A DNA stretch of 59,268 nucleotides from a virus (lineage: Duplodnaviria > Caudoviricetes): positions 1-59,268 of the IMG/VR virus record IMGVR_UViG_3300028024_000010; one strand, 5' to 3'. The notes beneath the pieces are model-generated. The model made no database searches and was not told the DNA's origin. It worked only from the letters and a program-made list of their open reading frames with translations. Of this stretch, positions 47,367 through 54,870 are shown one piece after another. Each line of letters opens with the position of its first letter. The stretch's first letter is position 1. Made by a program: the position numbers and the translations under genes.

Positions 47367-48137
47367 ATGGACAGACTGAAGAGCCGTATCGGCCGGCGTT
47401 ACGACTGGACCCCGGACCTGCCGGACCATCGCGACGCGGTCTATCAGGTCAGGCGTCGCCTGGCGCTGCCGCTGAAGGTCGATCTCTCGCCCAAATGCTC
47501 GCCGGTCGAGGACCAGGGCGATCTCGGCAGCTGTACCGCCAATGCGCTGGCTGGCGCGCTCGAATTCCTCGAGGCCGTCGACGGCACGCCATTCAAGGAT
47601 ATCAGCCGGCTCTTCATCTATTACGGCGAGCGGGCGATCGAGCATACGATCAATCAGGATAGCGGCGCGCAGATCCGCGACGGCGTCAAGTTTCTGCATC
47701 AGACCGGCGCCTGCTCGGAAGACCTCTGGCCCTACAACATCACCAAGTTCAAGCAGAGGCCGACAGCGGCCGCCTATGCAGATGCCGCGAAGCGCAAGAT
47801 CACCCTCTATCAGCGCGTCACCGGCATCAACGCACTGCGCGCCTGCCTGGCCTCCGGTTTCCCGGTCGTCTTCGGCTTCACCGTCTATGACGGCTTCGAG
47901 AGCGATGCCATCGCCCGGACCGGCAAGCTGAACCTGCCGAAGCCGACCGAGCGCGTTCTTGGCGGCCATGCCGTGCTGGCGGTCGGCTATGACGATGCCG
48001 CCAGGCGGGTGAAGGTCAGGAACAGCTGGGGCGCCGGCTGGGGCCTGAAGGGCTATTTCACCATGCCCTACGACTATATCGGCAACCCGCAACTGGCCGA
48101 CGACTTCTGGACCATCCGCGCGGGGCAGCAGCTATGA
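47367..48137 (+). CDS. Papain-like (C1) cysteine peptidase
   Basis: DQG.LGSCTANA (Gln/Cys), GGHAV..VGY (His), RNSWG..WG.KGYF (Asn). Confidence 0.92.
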   Translation: MDRLKSRIGRRYDWTPDLPDHRDAVYQVRRRLALPLKVDLSPKCSPVEDQGDLGSCTANALAGALEFLEAVDGTPFKDISRLFIYYGERAIEHTINQDSGAQIRDGVKFLHQTGACSEDLWPYNITKFKQRPTAAAYADAAKRKITLYQRVTGINALRACLASGFPVVFGFTVYDGFESDAIARTGKLNLPKPTERVLGGHAVLAVGYDDAARRVKVRNSWGAGWGLKGYFTMPYDYIGNPQLADDFWTIRAGQQL

Positions 48138-48583
48138 GCGGCCTGATCAAGACCGGGCTTGCCACCATCACCGGCGGCACGGCGGCCTGGCTGCCCTATG
48201 CCCTGGTCGCCGCGCTGGCGGCCGGCGGCGCCGGCTTCGGCCTATGGAAGCTGGTGGTGGCGCCGCGTCTCGAAGCGGCGGCGCTGAAGGTCGAGAAGGC
48301 CGAGGCCGACCTGAAGATCGTCACCGATGCCAATGCCGAGACCGAGCGATCGCTGCGCCTGCAAAAGGCCCAGGCCGATTACGACCGGCAGGCGACCGCC
48401 AGCAAGCTCGCCGACCTCCAAGCCATGGCCGATCGCGCGGCCACCGCCAAGAAGGATATCAGCCATGTTCAAGGTGCTCAGGACGCCATTGATCCTGTTG
48501 AGTTGTATGGCAATCAGCGGCTGCGGGAGCTCCGCGCCGCGCGTCGTGGTCAAGTCGGAAACGCAATACCTGTTTCCCCCTGA
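48134..48583 (+). CDS. i-spanin (Rz-like)
   Basis: N-terminal TM plus coiled coil; overlaps a lipoprotein gene. Confidence 0.75.
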   Translation: MSGLIKTGLATITGGTAAWLPYALVAALAAGGAGFGLWKLVVAPRLEAAALKVEKAEADLKIVTDANAETERSLRLQKAQADYDRQATASKLADLQAMADRAATAKKDISHVQGAQDAIDPVELYGNQRLRELRAARRGQVGNAIPVSP

Positions 48584-48767
48584 AGCCGATCTGACCTGCA
48601 AGGACGATCCCGAGCCACCGGCCGACAACGCGACCAAAGGCGAAAATGCCCAATACAAGATCGATCTCTGGATCGCCGGCGATGATTGCCGCCAGGCAGT
48701 GCGCGGAACCGCGAAATGGGCCGCCGATGCCAGGGCGCAAATGGCGCATGACGCGAGCGTGAAATGA
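48465..48767 (+). CDS. o-spanin (Rz1-like lipoprotein)
   Basis: Lipobox ISGC, Pro-rich, L.C...P and DCR motifs. Confidence 0.75.
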   Translation: MFKVLRTPLILLSCMAISGCGSSAPRVVVKSETQYLFPPEADLTCKDDPEPPADNATKGENAQYKIDLWIAGDDCRQAVRGTAKWAADARAQMAHDASVK

Positions 48768-48880
48768 CCCGGCGCGTCCTCGCGCTCGCGGCCGCCCTGG
48801 CGCTCGCCGGCTGCACGGCGCTGCTTGTCCAGCATCAGGACCATGGCTTTTCCCTCAAGATCCTGACGATCCATTTATGA
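48764..48880 (+). CDS. Tiny lipoprotein (38 aa)
   Basis: Manual translation MTRRVLALAAALALAGCTALLVQHQDHGFSLKILTIHL; LAGC lipobox; ATGA overlaps on both sides. Confidence 0.6.
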   Translation: MTRRVLALAAALALAGCTALLVQHQDHGFSLKILTIHL

Positions 48881-49137
48881 CCGAAGCGGTGAAGCATTCT
48901 ATGGGCGACGATTGCCGCAACTGCAGGGGCGGCCGGCTCTACTACGATGGCGGCCTGGCGGGCGGAGCATCGCATCTTGCCTGCTTCGCCTGCGGCTGGC
49001 GGCCCGACGCGGCCCCAGCATCGCCGCTGCCGCCGCGCGAGGCCTTCTGGCTGGCAGCCGAGGTCCGCGGCATCAGCCGGGCGCAATTCGACCTGGACTG
49101 GGACGAATACCAGCGGTCAAAGCTGCCTAAAAGTTAA
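48877..49137 (+). CDS. Zn-ribbon protein
   Basis: CRNC...CFACGW. Confidence 0.6.
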   Translation: MTEAVKHSMGDDCRNCRGGRLYYDGGLAGGASHLACFACGWRPDAAPASPLPPREAFWLAAEVRGISRAQFDLDWDEYQRSKLPKS

Positions 49138-49204
49138 CCATTCCTGGGCGGATTTTCTGATTAAGAATTTGATGCTATCCTGACTGTCTGGATAGGAGGG
49201 CATC

Positions 49205-50260
49205 CTGCAGCGCAATTTCGGCCTCGATCTGCTTCGGTGCATCGCGATTATCGGCGTGGTTGCTGTCCATATCGCCGATGGTCGCGCGCTGTATTGCTTC
49301 GCCGCCGTTGTCCCTGTGGATCTGTTTTTCTCACTGAGCGGCTTCCTGATCGCCCAGATGATGGTCGAGCGGTTCGACGGCATCTCGACGCCGGCCGCGT
49401 TCTGGGCTTTCATGGCAAACCGCTGGCTCCGCACGCTCCCGCTCTATTTCCTCGCCCTCAGCACCTATCTTGGCTTCCTCGTCATCCTGGCGCCTCAGCC
49501 CGTCGATATCGCCTCCATTTTCACCAGATACGCGCTCTTCATCCAATACATCCCCTGGTATCATGACAGCGAGGCCTGGCAGTCGACTTTCTTTACCGTG
49601 AGCTGGTCGCTCGCTATCGAGGAATGGTTCTATCTCCTTTGTCCGCTCGTCCTGCTGCTGGCCGGTGCGCGATCACGGCGGTTCTTCATTGGGCTGATTG
49701 GCATCCTTGTCATGACATCGATCACCTATAGACTTGCTGTCTGTCTTGCTGATCCTGCCATGACACAGAGCATCATCTTCAAGTCGACACCGACCCGGGC
49801 TGATGCCTTTGTCTTTGGCATCGGGGCATATTTCACGGTACGGGGTGGCCTAGGCAAGCGGTTGTCGCTGGCCTGCTGCGCGGCTGGGTTGCTACTGGCT
49901 ACGGTCAATGCCTGGATGATTCCTGCCGTGACTTTGGGACTATATACCAAGGCACTGACCCCATCCCTGGCCCCGCTCTCCATGGCGCTGCTGATCCCGG
50001 CCGCCCTGACCCTGAAAGCGCCCCAGGCCATTGCCCGGGCCGCGGCATGGCTCAGCACCCGGACCTATGCGATCTATCTGTTCCATACCCTGGTAATCGC
50101 CTTCGCTTTCCCGCCGGGCCAGCACACGGCATTTCGGCTGCTGGCCTTCGTGGTGGCGACCGGACTGCTGGCGGACTTCCTATATCGCTATGTCGAGCGG
50201 CCGTTCATGCGGTTGCGGCCGGTCCGGGCGCCGTCTGCTATTCCGGCTTTGGCTGAATAG
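49205..50260 (+). CDS. Acyltransferase-3 (OafA-like) membrane O-acyltransferase
   Basis: R..GLDLLR.IA..V..H, VDLFF.LSGFLI, R.LR..PLY, WSLAIEEWFY, Y.IYLFH, VERP; CTG start inferred. Confidence 0.9.
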   Translation: MQRNFGLDLLRCIAIIGVVAVHIADGRALYCFAAVVPVDLFFSLSGFLIAQMMVERFDGISTPAAFWAFMANRWLRTLPLYFLALSTYLGFLVILAPQPVDIASIFTRYALFIQYIPWYHDSEAWQSTFFTVSWSLAIEEWFYLLCPLVLLLAGARSRRFFIGLIGILVMTSITYRLAVCLADPAMTQSIIFKSTPTRADAFVFGIGAYFTVRGGLGKRLSLACCAAGLLLATVNAWMIPAVTLGLYTKALTPSLAPLSMALLIPAALTLKAPQAIARAAAWLSTRTYAIYLFHTLVIAFAFPPGQHTAFRLLAFVVATGLLADFLYRYVERPFMRLRPVRAPSAIPALAE

Positions 50261-50690
50261 CGCGCCGCGCGTTCATCACGGGCAGGTCATAGCTGATCGC
50301 CGCTGCCGTGGCCGGTGTAGAGCCGCGCGGGACGATCTTGAATCGCGCGCCGGGAAAGCTCGCAACGATCAATCCGATCAGCGCCTCATGGGCGCCGACA
50401 CAGGGCAGGCCGAGTTGTCGGGCTTCATGGTCATCGTCGGCGAGGCCGATCTCGATTTCTTCCGGCTCGCCATCTTTTTTAATCAGCGCCTCAATCTGAT
50501 CAGAGGCCGCGCCGGCTGCTTCCTCGATTCGTGTGTAAAGCTCACGCAGCTCGTCAATCACACCATCAGGCGCCCGGTTCCGGCCCGACGACCAGGATTT
50601 GACCGTATCGCGTCGGGCAGCCAAAAAGGCTGCGGCCTCCGTTTGAGAGAGGCCGCAGCGGTCACAGAGCAGGGAAAAGACGGTTTTCAT
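50238..50690 (-). CDS. XRE-type HTH regulator
   Basis: GLSQTEAAAFL..RRDTVKSWSSGR..AP. Confidence 0.75.
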   Translation of the reverse strand: MKTVFSLLCDRCGLSQTEAAAFLAARRDTVKSWSSGRNRAPDGVIDELRELYTRIEEAAGAASDQIEALIKKDGEPEEIEIGLADDDHEARQLGLPCVGAHEALIGLIVASFPGARFKIVPRGSTPATAAAISYDLPVMNARRAIQPKPE

Positions 50691-51178
50691 CAGACCAGCA
50701 CGACATCGCCATCAACTAAACGATATTCTGACACCCAGCGGCCTTCCAACCACTCGCCATCCGGCTCGCGGAATTCAACGTGCCCTTCGGCGTCGATCCG
50801 CACTTCCTTGCCGTCGTTTTCATAGTGCAGGCGCACGCGATCCGTCTTAAATTCTTCATCCTCGAATGCTTCGGGCTTACTGGCCCACCCGGCGGCGATC
50901 ACTTGGCGCGCGATATCCTGCGTCGCAGCAAACTCGTTGCTTTCCAGTGAATAAATGACGGATTTGACCAACGGTCGGCCGCCACAGGTGCTGTTGTTGG
51001 AAAACTGCGAGGTCCAAAGATGCCACGACGGAGCCCAGCTTGAGCCATCGCTTACCGGGCGGATTTCGTAGCTATGACCATCATGGGTCAAGATTACCTG
51101 CATTGCCTCGACCTCCGTCAGGCCGCTAGCGATGACATAGCCGGAATTTTCGTTAACGACGGTGTAAAGCTGGGTCAT
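50690..51178 (-). CDS. Hypothetical moron protein
   Basis: 162 aa, GGAG RBS, TGATG coupling to the HTH gene. Confidence 0.7.
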   Translation of the reverse strand: MTQLYTVVNENSGYVIASGLTEVEAMQVILTHDGHSYEIRPVSDGSSWAPSWHLWTSQFSNNSTCGGRPLVKSVIYSLESNEFAATQDIARQVIAAGWASKPEAFEDEEFKTDRVRLHYENDGKEVRIDAEGHVEFREPDGEWLEGRWVSEYRLVDGDVVLV

Positions 51179-51233
51179 TTCAGGTTCTCCACCTCATGCA
51201 GCAGGCCAATCCCACCGCGTTGTTGATGAGATA

Positions 51234-51262
51234 GATATATACACTATCGGTGTATTGTTCAA
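51234..51262 (-). promoter_or_regulatory. Moron promoter with palindromic operator
   Basis: TTGAAC-17-TATATC; dyad ATACAC-N5-GTGTAT at 51239-51255. Confidence 0.65.
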
Positions 51263-51509
51263 GGGGGCCAGTGAAGAAAAACAACCGCCCCAGCCAATGC
51301 TATCCCCCAATCCAATGCTCCGTTATCGTTCTAATTTGGTGGGAGGGAGACTAGGGCGCCGATCGAACGATTGAGGAACACCAGACCAGCGACCGTGACA
51401 GATCTGGGCCATTAAACCGCCTGGAGCTTCCGTTCGTTTCCTGAAAGTTCCGATTTACCGACCCGCGCCGGTCTGCTAAAAGCGCTGAAAAGCGAGGTTT
51501 ATCAAGCCT

Positions 51510-51549
51510 CGGGGTGTAGCTCAGTCCGGTAGAGTGCCTGCTTTGGGAG
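51510..51549 (+). other. attP core: 5' half of tRNA-Pro(UGG)
   Basis: CGGGGTG TA GCTC AGTCCGGTA GAGT G CCTGC TT TGG GA G; tRNA similarity ends just after the anticodon loop, 6 bp from the int stop. Confidence 0.85.
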
Positions 51550-51555
51550 GCTCCA

Positions 51556-52719
51556 CTACACCGCGTTTTTCTTATTATCTTCCATAGGTTTGGCCTCATC
51601 CGGCGTTTCTGCCGGGGTGGATTTCGGGCCAGCGATCAGCTGTGACATCGCGGTCATGCCGGTCTTCACCTCTTCCACCGCATGAACATAGCGCAGCGTC
51701 GAAGCGATGTCTTTATGCCCCATGAATTTCTGGGTCAGCTTGATGTCGTTGGTCGCTTTCAGGAACCAGGTGCCGGCTGTATGCCGGAGATCATGCCAGC
51801 GAAACTCGGCGATCTTTGCTTTCGCCAATATCGCCGCCCATTCCTTGCGCCAACCATTCTTCGAAAACGGCTGCCTCGACCCTTTCTGCCGGGGGCCGCG
51901 CTTCTTCTTCGCAATATAGGTGAAGACATATTCGGCATGATTGCCGCGCTCGTTGGCGAGCAGCACCTGCAGCTCCGGCGTAATGCCGATCTTCAGCGGT
52001 TCCTTGCCGGGCCGGCGGCTCTTTGTGCGGATGGTGATCTCGCCGGTAAGGAAATTGACCTCATCCCAGCGGAGCCAGAGCGCATTCTCCTGTCGGACAG
52101 CGGTGAGGATGGAGAAGCGGATCACTGGCAGCAGCTCCGGTCTCAGTTCCCGGATGGCGGCATAAAGGCGTTCGATCTCACTGAGATCGGCATAGCGCTC
52201 GATCGGGGCCGCTTCGAGAAGCAGCAACTGCTTCCATGCTGGCATCTCACCGATATCGACCTTCCAGAGATCCCGCGCGCGCATGAAGACGCGGCGCAGC
52301 AGCTCGACCTCCCGATTGACCGTGCTGGCGGCGACCAACTTGGTCGATCCCTTCTTGGCATTAGCCGGCCGCATGCCGCGGCGCCTTGCTACATATTCAG
52401 CGATCTCTTTATCGGTCAGGGCATCGAGCATGCGATCGCGGCCGAATTGGCGCTGCATATTGGCGAGCTGATATTCGATATCGTTGGCTGATGTCGCGTG
52501 CTTGCCGATCTCGAGCCAATATTTACCGAAGGCTTCCCTGACGGTGATCGACTCTTTCTGGCGGAAATGGGTGCCGGTTACCGCGTCGGTCCGGAGCTTC
52601 GCGGCGATCGTTTCTGCCTGCTCGCGATTCTCTGTCTGCGTGCTTCCTCGATATCGAACACCATTGAGCGTGAAGTCGTACCTGAAGTACGGCGAGTCCG
52701 GACGTTTATAGACACGCAT
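51556..52719 (-). CDS. int: Tyrosine integrase
   Basis: TAVR, HDLRHT, MGH and T.RY catalytic motifs; arm-binding N-terminus MRVYKR..F.LNG.RYR.ST. Confidence 0.95.
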   Translation of the reverse strand: MRVYKRPDSPYFRYDFTLNGVRYRGSTQTENREQAETIAAKLRTDAVTGTHFRQKESITVREAFGKYWLEIGKHATSANDIEYQLANMQRQFGRDRMLDALTDKEIAEYVARRRGMRPANAKKGSTKLVAASTVNREVELLRRVFMRARDLWKVDIGEMPAWKQLLLLEAAPIERYADLSEIERLYAAIRELRPELLPVIRFSILTAVRQENALWLRWDEVNFLTGEITIRTKSRRPGKEPLKIGITPELQVLLANERGNHAEYVFTYIAKKKRGPRQKGSRQPFSKNGWRKEWAAILAKAKIAEFRWHDLRHTAGTWFLKATNDIKLTQKFMGHKDIASTLRYVHAVEEVKTGMTAMSQLIAGPKSTPAETPDEAKPMEDNKKNAV

Positions 52720-52907
52720 GCCGACTGCCTCTGTCGATCGATGAATTCCTGCAGGTCGGAAAGGGCGAATTGCCGCCGCCGACCGATCAGCACATAGCGT
52801 AATTCCCCACGGCGCACACATTCAAGCAGCGTCTTTTCGCAGATATTCAACAGCTTAGCTGCTTCGGCCTGGATATAGAGGAGTTTTTGCGCGGGTTCGG
52901 CGCTCAT
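52578..52907 (-). CDS. xis: Excisionase-like HTH protein
   Basis: EAAKLLNI..KTL....RGEL..IGRR....DL..FI; overlaps the int 5' end. Confidence 0.8.
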   Translation of the reverse strand: MSAEPAQKLLYIQAEAAKLLNICEKTLLECVRRGELRYVLIGRRRQFALSDLQEFIDRQRQSACVSINVRTRRTSGTTSRSMVFDIEEARRQRIASRQKRSPRSSGPTR

Positions 52908-53176
52908 TGTTCCGTCGCCTGTTTCAGCACAGCAATCGCATCGATGTCATCGAATTCCACGACCACATCTCCGTGATCAATATACGGCGTCTTAGCCTCC
53001 CGCTGCGCGGCCGCACCCATCTGCATCAGCTTGACCGCGACAGCCTCAGGCACCGGCCAAGACCGGCGACCGCGCTCGCCGATGCCATACCAGCGCTCGG
53101 TCTCAGGATCAGACCAGCCGCAATCACTGTCAGGCTCATCGCGCCAGATGTTGAGCTCGTCACCTGCAATAGTCAT
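52904..53176 (-). CDS. Hypothetical protein
   Basis: 90-aa ORF with ATGA overlaps. Confidence 0.65.
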   Translation of the reverse strand: MTIAGDELNIWRDEPDSDCGWSDPETERWYGIGERGRRSWPVPEAVAVKLMQMGAAAQREAKTPYIDHGDVVVEFDDIDAIAVLKQATEQ

Positions 53177-53433
53177 AGCTTCTTCCTTTCAGGCTCAGCT
53201 GCTCGATCCGCGCGAGCCTCAGCTATGTTCTCTTTGGTAATGCCTCCGTTGTGCTTGAACCATAGCCAGGACCCTTTTTTCAGGTACCCAGCCCGCTCTA
53301 ATCGCCAGACAACAGCCATCGGTGTCATCTCAAAAAAGTCCGCGATATTGACTGCCATGCGCCGCGTGAATTTTGTCTGTCCTTCTTTATGAGCGCGAAA
53401 AGCTGTACCCAAGTCATCGTTACTTGCCATCAT
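53173..53433 (-). CDS. Hypothetical protein with wHTH-like pattern
   Basis: IADFFEMTPMAVVWRLERAGYL. Confidence 0.6.
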   Translation of the reverse strand: MMASNDDLGTAFRAHKEGQTKFTRRMAVNIADFFEMTPMAVVWRLERAGYLKKGSWLWFKHNGGITKENIAEARADRAAEPERKKL

Positions 53434-53675
53434 TTTTTCCTTTCGACGTAGGCTGCGATGGCAGCGTCAACCTTGTCTCTCGGCAGCCATAGAACAAGGC
53501 CCATCATCTTCGGCTGCTTGCCGTTCGCTGTGAATTCTTCAGCCTGGATTGCATTGGTATAGAAAACGATCCTTGTTCCGTTCTTCGTTTTTTCGATGAC
53601 CTGAGCGTCGTTCAAAAGGTTCTGGAATAGTAGGTTCTCATCACCCACTGCGAGGATCAGATCAGATATCTTCAT
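53430..53675 (-). CDS. Hypothetical protein
   Basis: 81-aa coupled ORF. Confidence 0.65.
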   Translation of the reverse strand: MKISDLILAVGDENLLFQNLLNDAQVIEKTKNGTRIVFYTNAIQAEEFTANGKQPKMMGLVLWLPRDKVDAAIAAYVERKK

Positions 53676-54277
53676 GACTGATCTTCCCCCGCCTCGGCGG
53701 CGAGGAAGGCAGCTGTTGCTCTTCCGGGTTCTGATAGCGTGTTTAGTCGCGCTGGAAGGTTCCAGTAATCTAGTAAGAACGTGGCGAACTCAATCAACCG
53801 TCCGTTCGGCGCCTCGTCGGGCTGGGGCTGGTGGCGGAGAGCATGCGCCATACCTTCTTTTTGATCTGGATGTCGATCAACGTAGCCGCATGTGCAGCAA
53901 CATCCCGGATATTGGCCGCACGGCTCATCCACCGCCGCGACCGGCTGTTGAACGCAGAGGGCTGCGATGCCTTTGACAATAGCTTCTGCCTCATGCATTG
54001 GCGTAGGGCCGTCCAGATACTCAGCGTTCTGTATAATCCCGACGCCGTATTGTTCAACGGCCTCTCTGATCAGGTGCAGGGCTTGCCATGCTTCGCGGTA
54101 GTTTTCTAAAAGAACATCATAACTGTTATTCTCCGCGCCCGACTGCGCGAGGGCGGCTTGCTGAACAGCCGGTTGCTTCCCGCACGCAGAGCAAGGAATG
54201 CGAATGGGCGCCCGGCAGGCCGTACTATTGATGTAACCTTTACCGCCGCAATGATCGCAGACGCCTTCCGTCGTCAT
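53672..54277 (-). CDS. Hypothetical protein with N-terminal Zn finger
   Basis: CDHCGGKG..CSACG. Confidence 0.6.
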   Translation of the reverse strand: MTTEGVCDHCGGKGYINSTACRAPIRIPCSACGKQPAVQQAALAQSGAENNSYDVLLENYREAWQALHLIREAVEQYGVGIIQNAEYLDGPTPMHEAEAIVKGIAALCVQQPVAAVDEPCGQYPGCCCTCGYVDRHPDQKEGMAHALRHQPQPDEAPNGRLIEFATFLLDYWNLPARLNTLSEPGRATAAFLAAEAGEDQS

Positions 54278-54747
54278 GGCTTAGGCTCCCGACCCACTAC
54301 TGTTAGCGCCTCTCGCCATTTGTCGCGTACACGCTCAATCTCCACATCCTTCTCTGCAAGCTGGCGGCAGACATCCGCATGTAGCCGCTGCCACGTTGCA
54401 TTATCGTCCTGCAACCGTTTCGCCATCGCCAACAGACGCTTGGCTGCGTTGCGGAAACCTACCGAGAATGCGACATTGCGCCGGCTGTTTTCGTTCCAGG
54501 CATTCATAGATCCATCATCGTCATAATCGACCTCAACAGCTCCGCCGTTGTCGCCCTCGGTGTCAGTCGTGAGGATTTTAGAGCCGGCAGCATTGACGAT
54601 ATAAAACTCGTCGAATCCTTCGTAGATGTCTTCGCCAGTGCCGAAAGAACCATCAGTTTTGAAGCTGTCCATTTCCCACGGTCCAGGGTCGGCTTGTTTT
54701 TCCAGCCGCTCCAACTCTTCGATTTCTTGCGCGGTGAGGTCGGTCAT
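54274..54747 (-). CDS. Ead/Ea22-like protein
   Basis: EL..LEK.A.PGPW and N..F....NA...LL motifs. Confidence 0.6.
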   Translation of the reverse strand: MTDLTAQEIEELERLEKQADPGPWEMDSFKTDGSFGTGEDIYEGFDEFYIVNAAGSKILTTDTEGDNGGAVEVDYDDDGSMNAWNENSRRNVAFSVGFRNAAKRLLAMAKRLQDDNATWQRLHADVCRQLAEKDVEIERVRDKWREALTVVGREPKP

Positions 54748-54750
54748 GGT

Positions 54751-54870
54751 TTATCCCTCCATCCTGTCATGTCCCGTCACCGGGTTGAATCGTGGCGTGG
54801 CCTTGGCGGTGGCTCGCAACAGGCGCCAGAGCTGGCAGTAGCGGTGCAACCATGTGAGGATGCGGGTCAT
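54751..54870 (-). CDS. Small basic protein (39 aa)
   Basis: Starts MTRILTWLHRYCQLWRLL; ATGA overlap with the ATPase stop. Confidence 0.45.
   Translation of the reverse strand: MTRILTWLHRYCQLWRLLRATAKATPRFNPVTGHDRMEG

Noticed and set aside
51510-51585. Complete tRNA-Pro gene
   Set aside because: No 3' anticodon stem, T arm or acceptor 3' strand; the sequence runs into the int stop.
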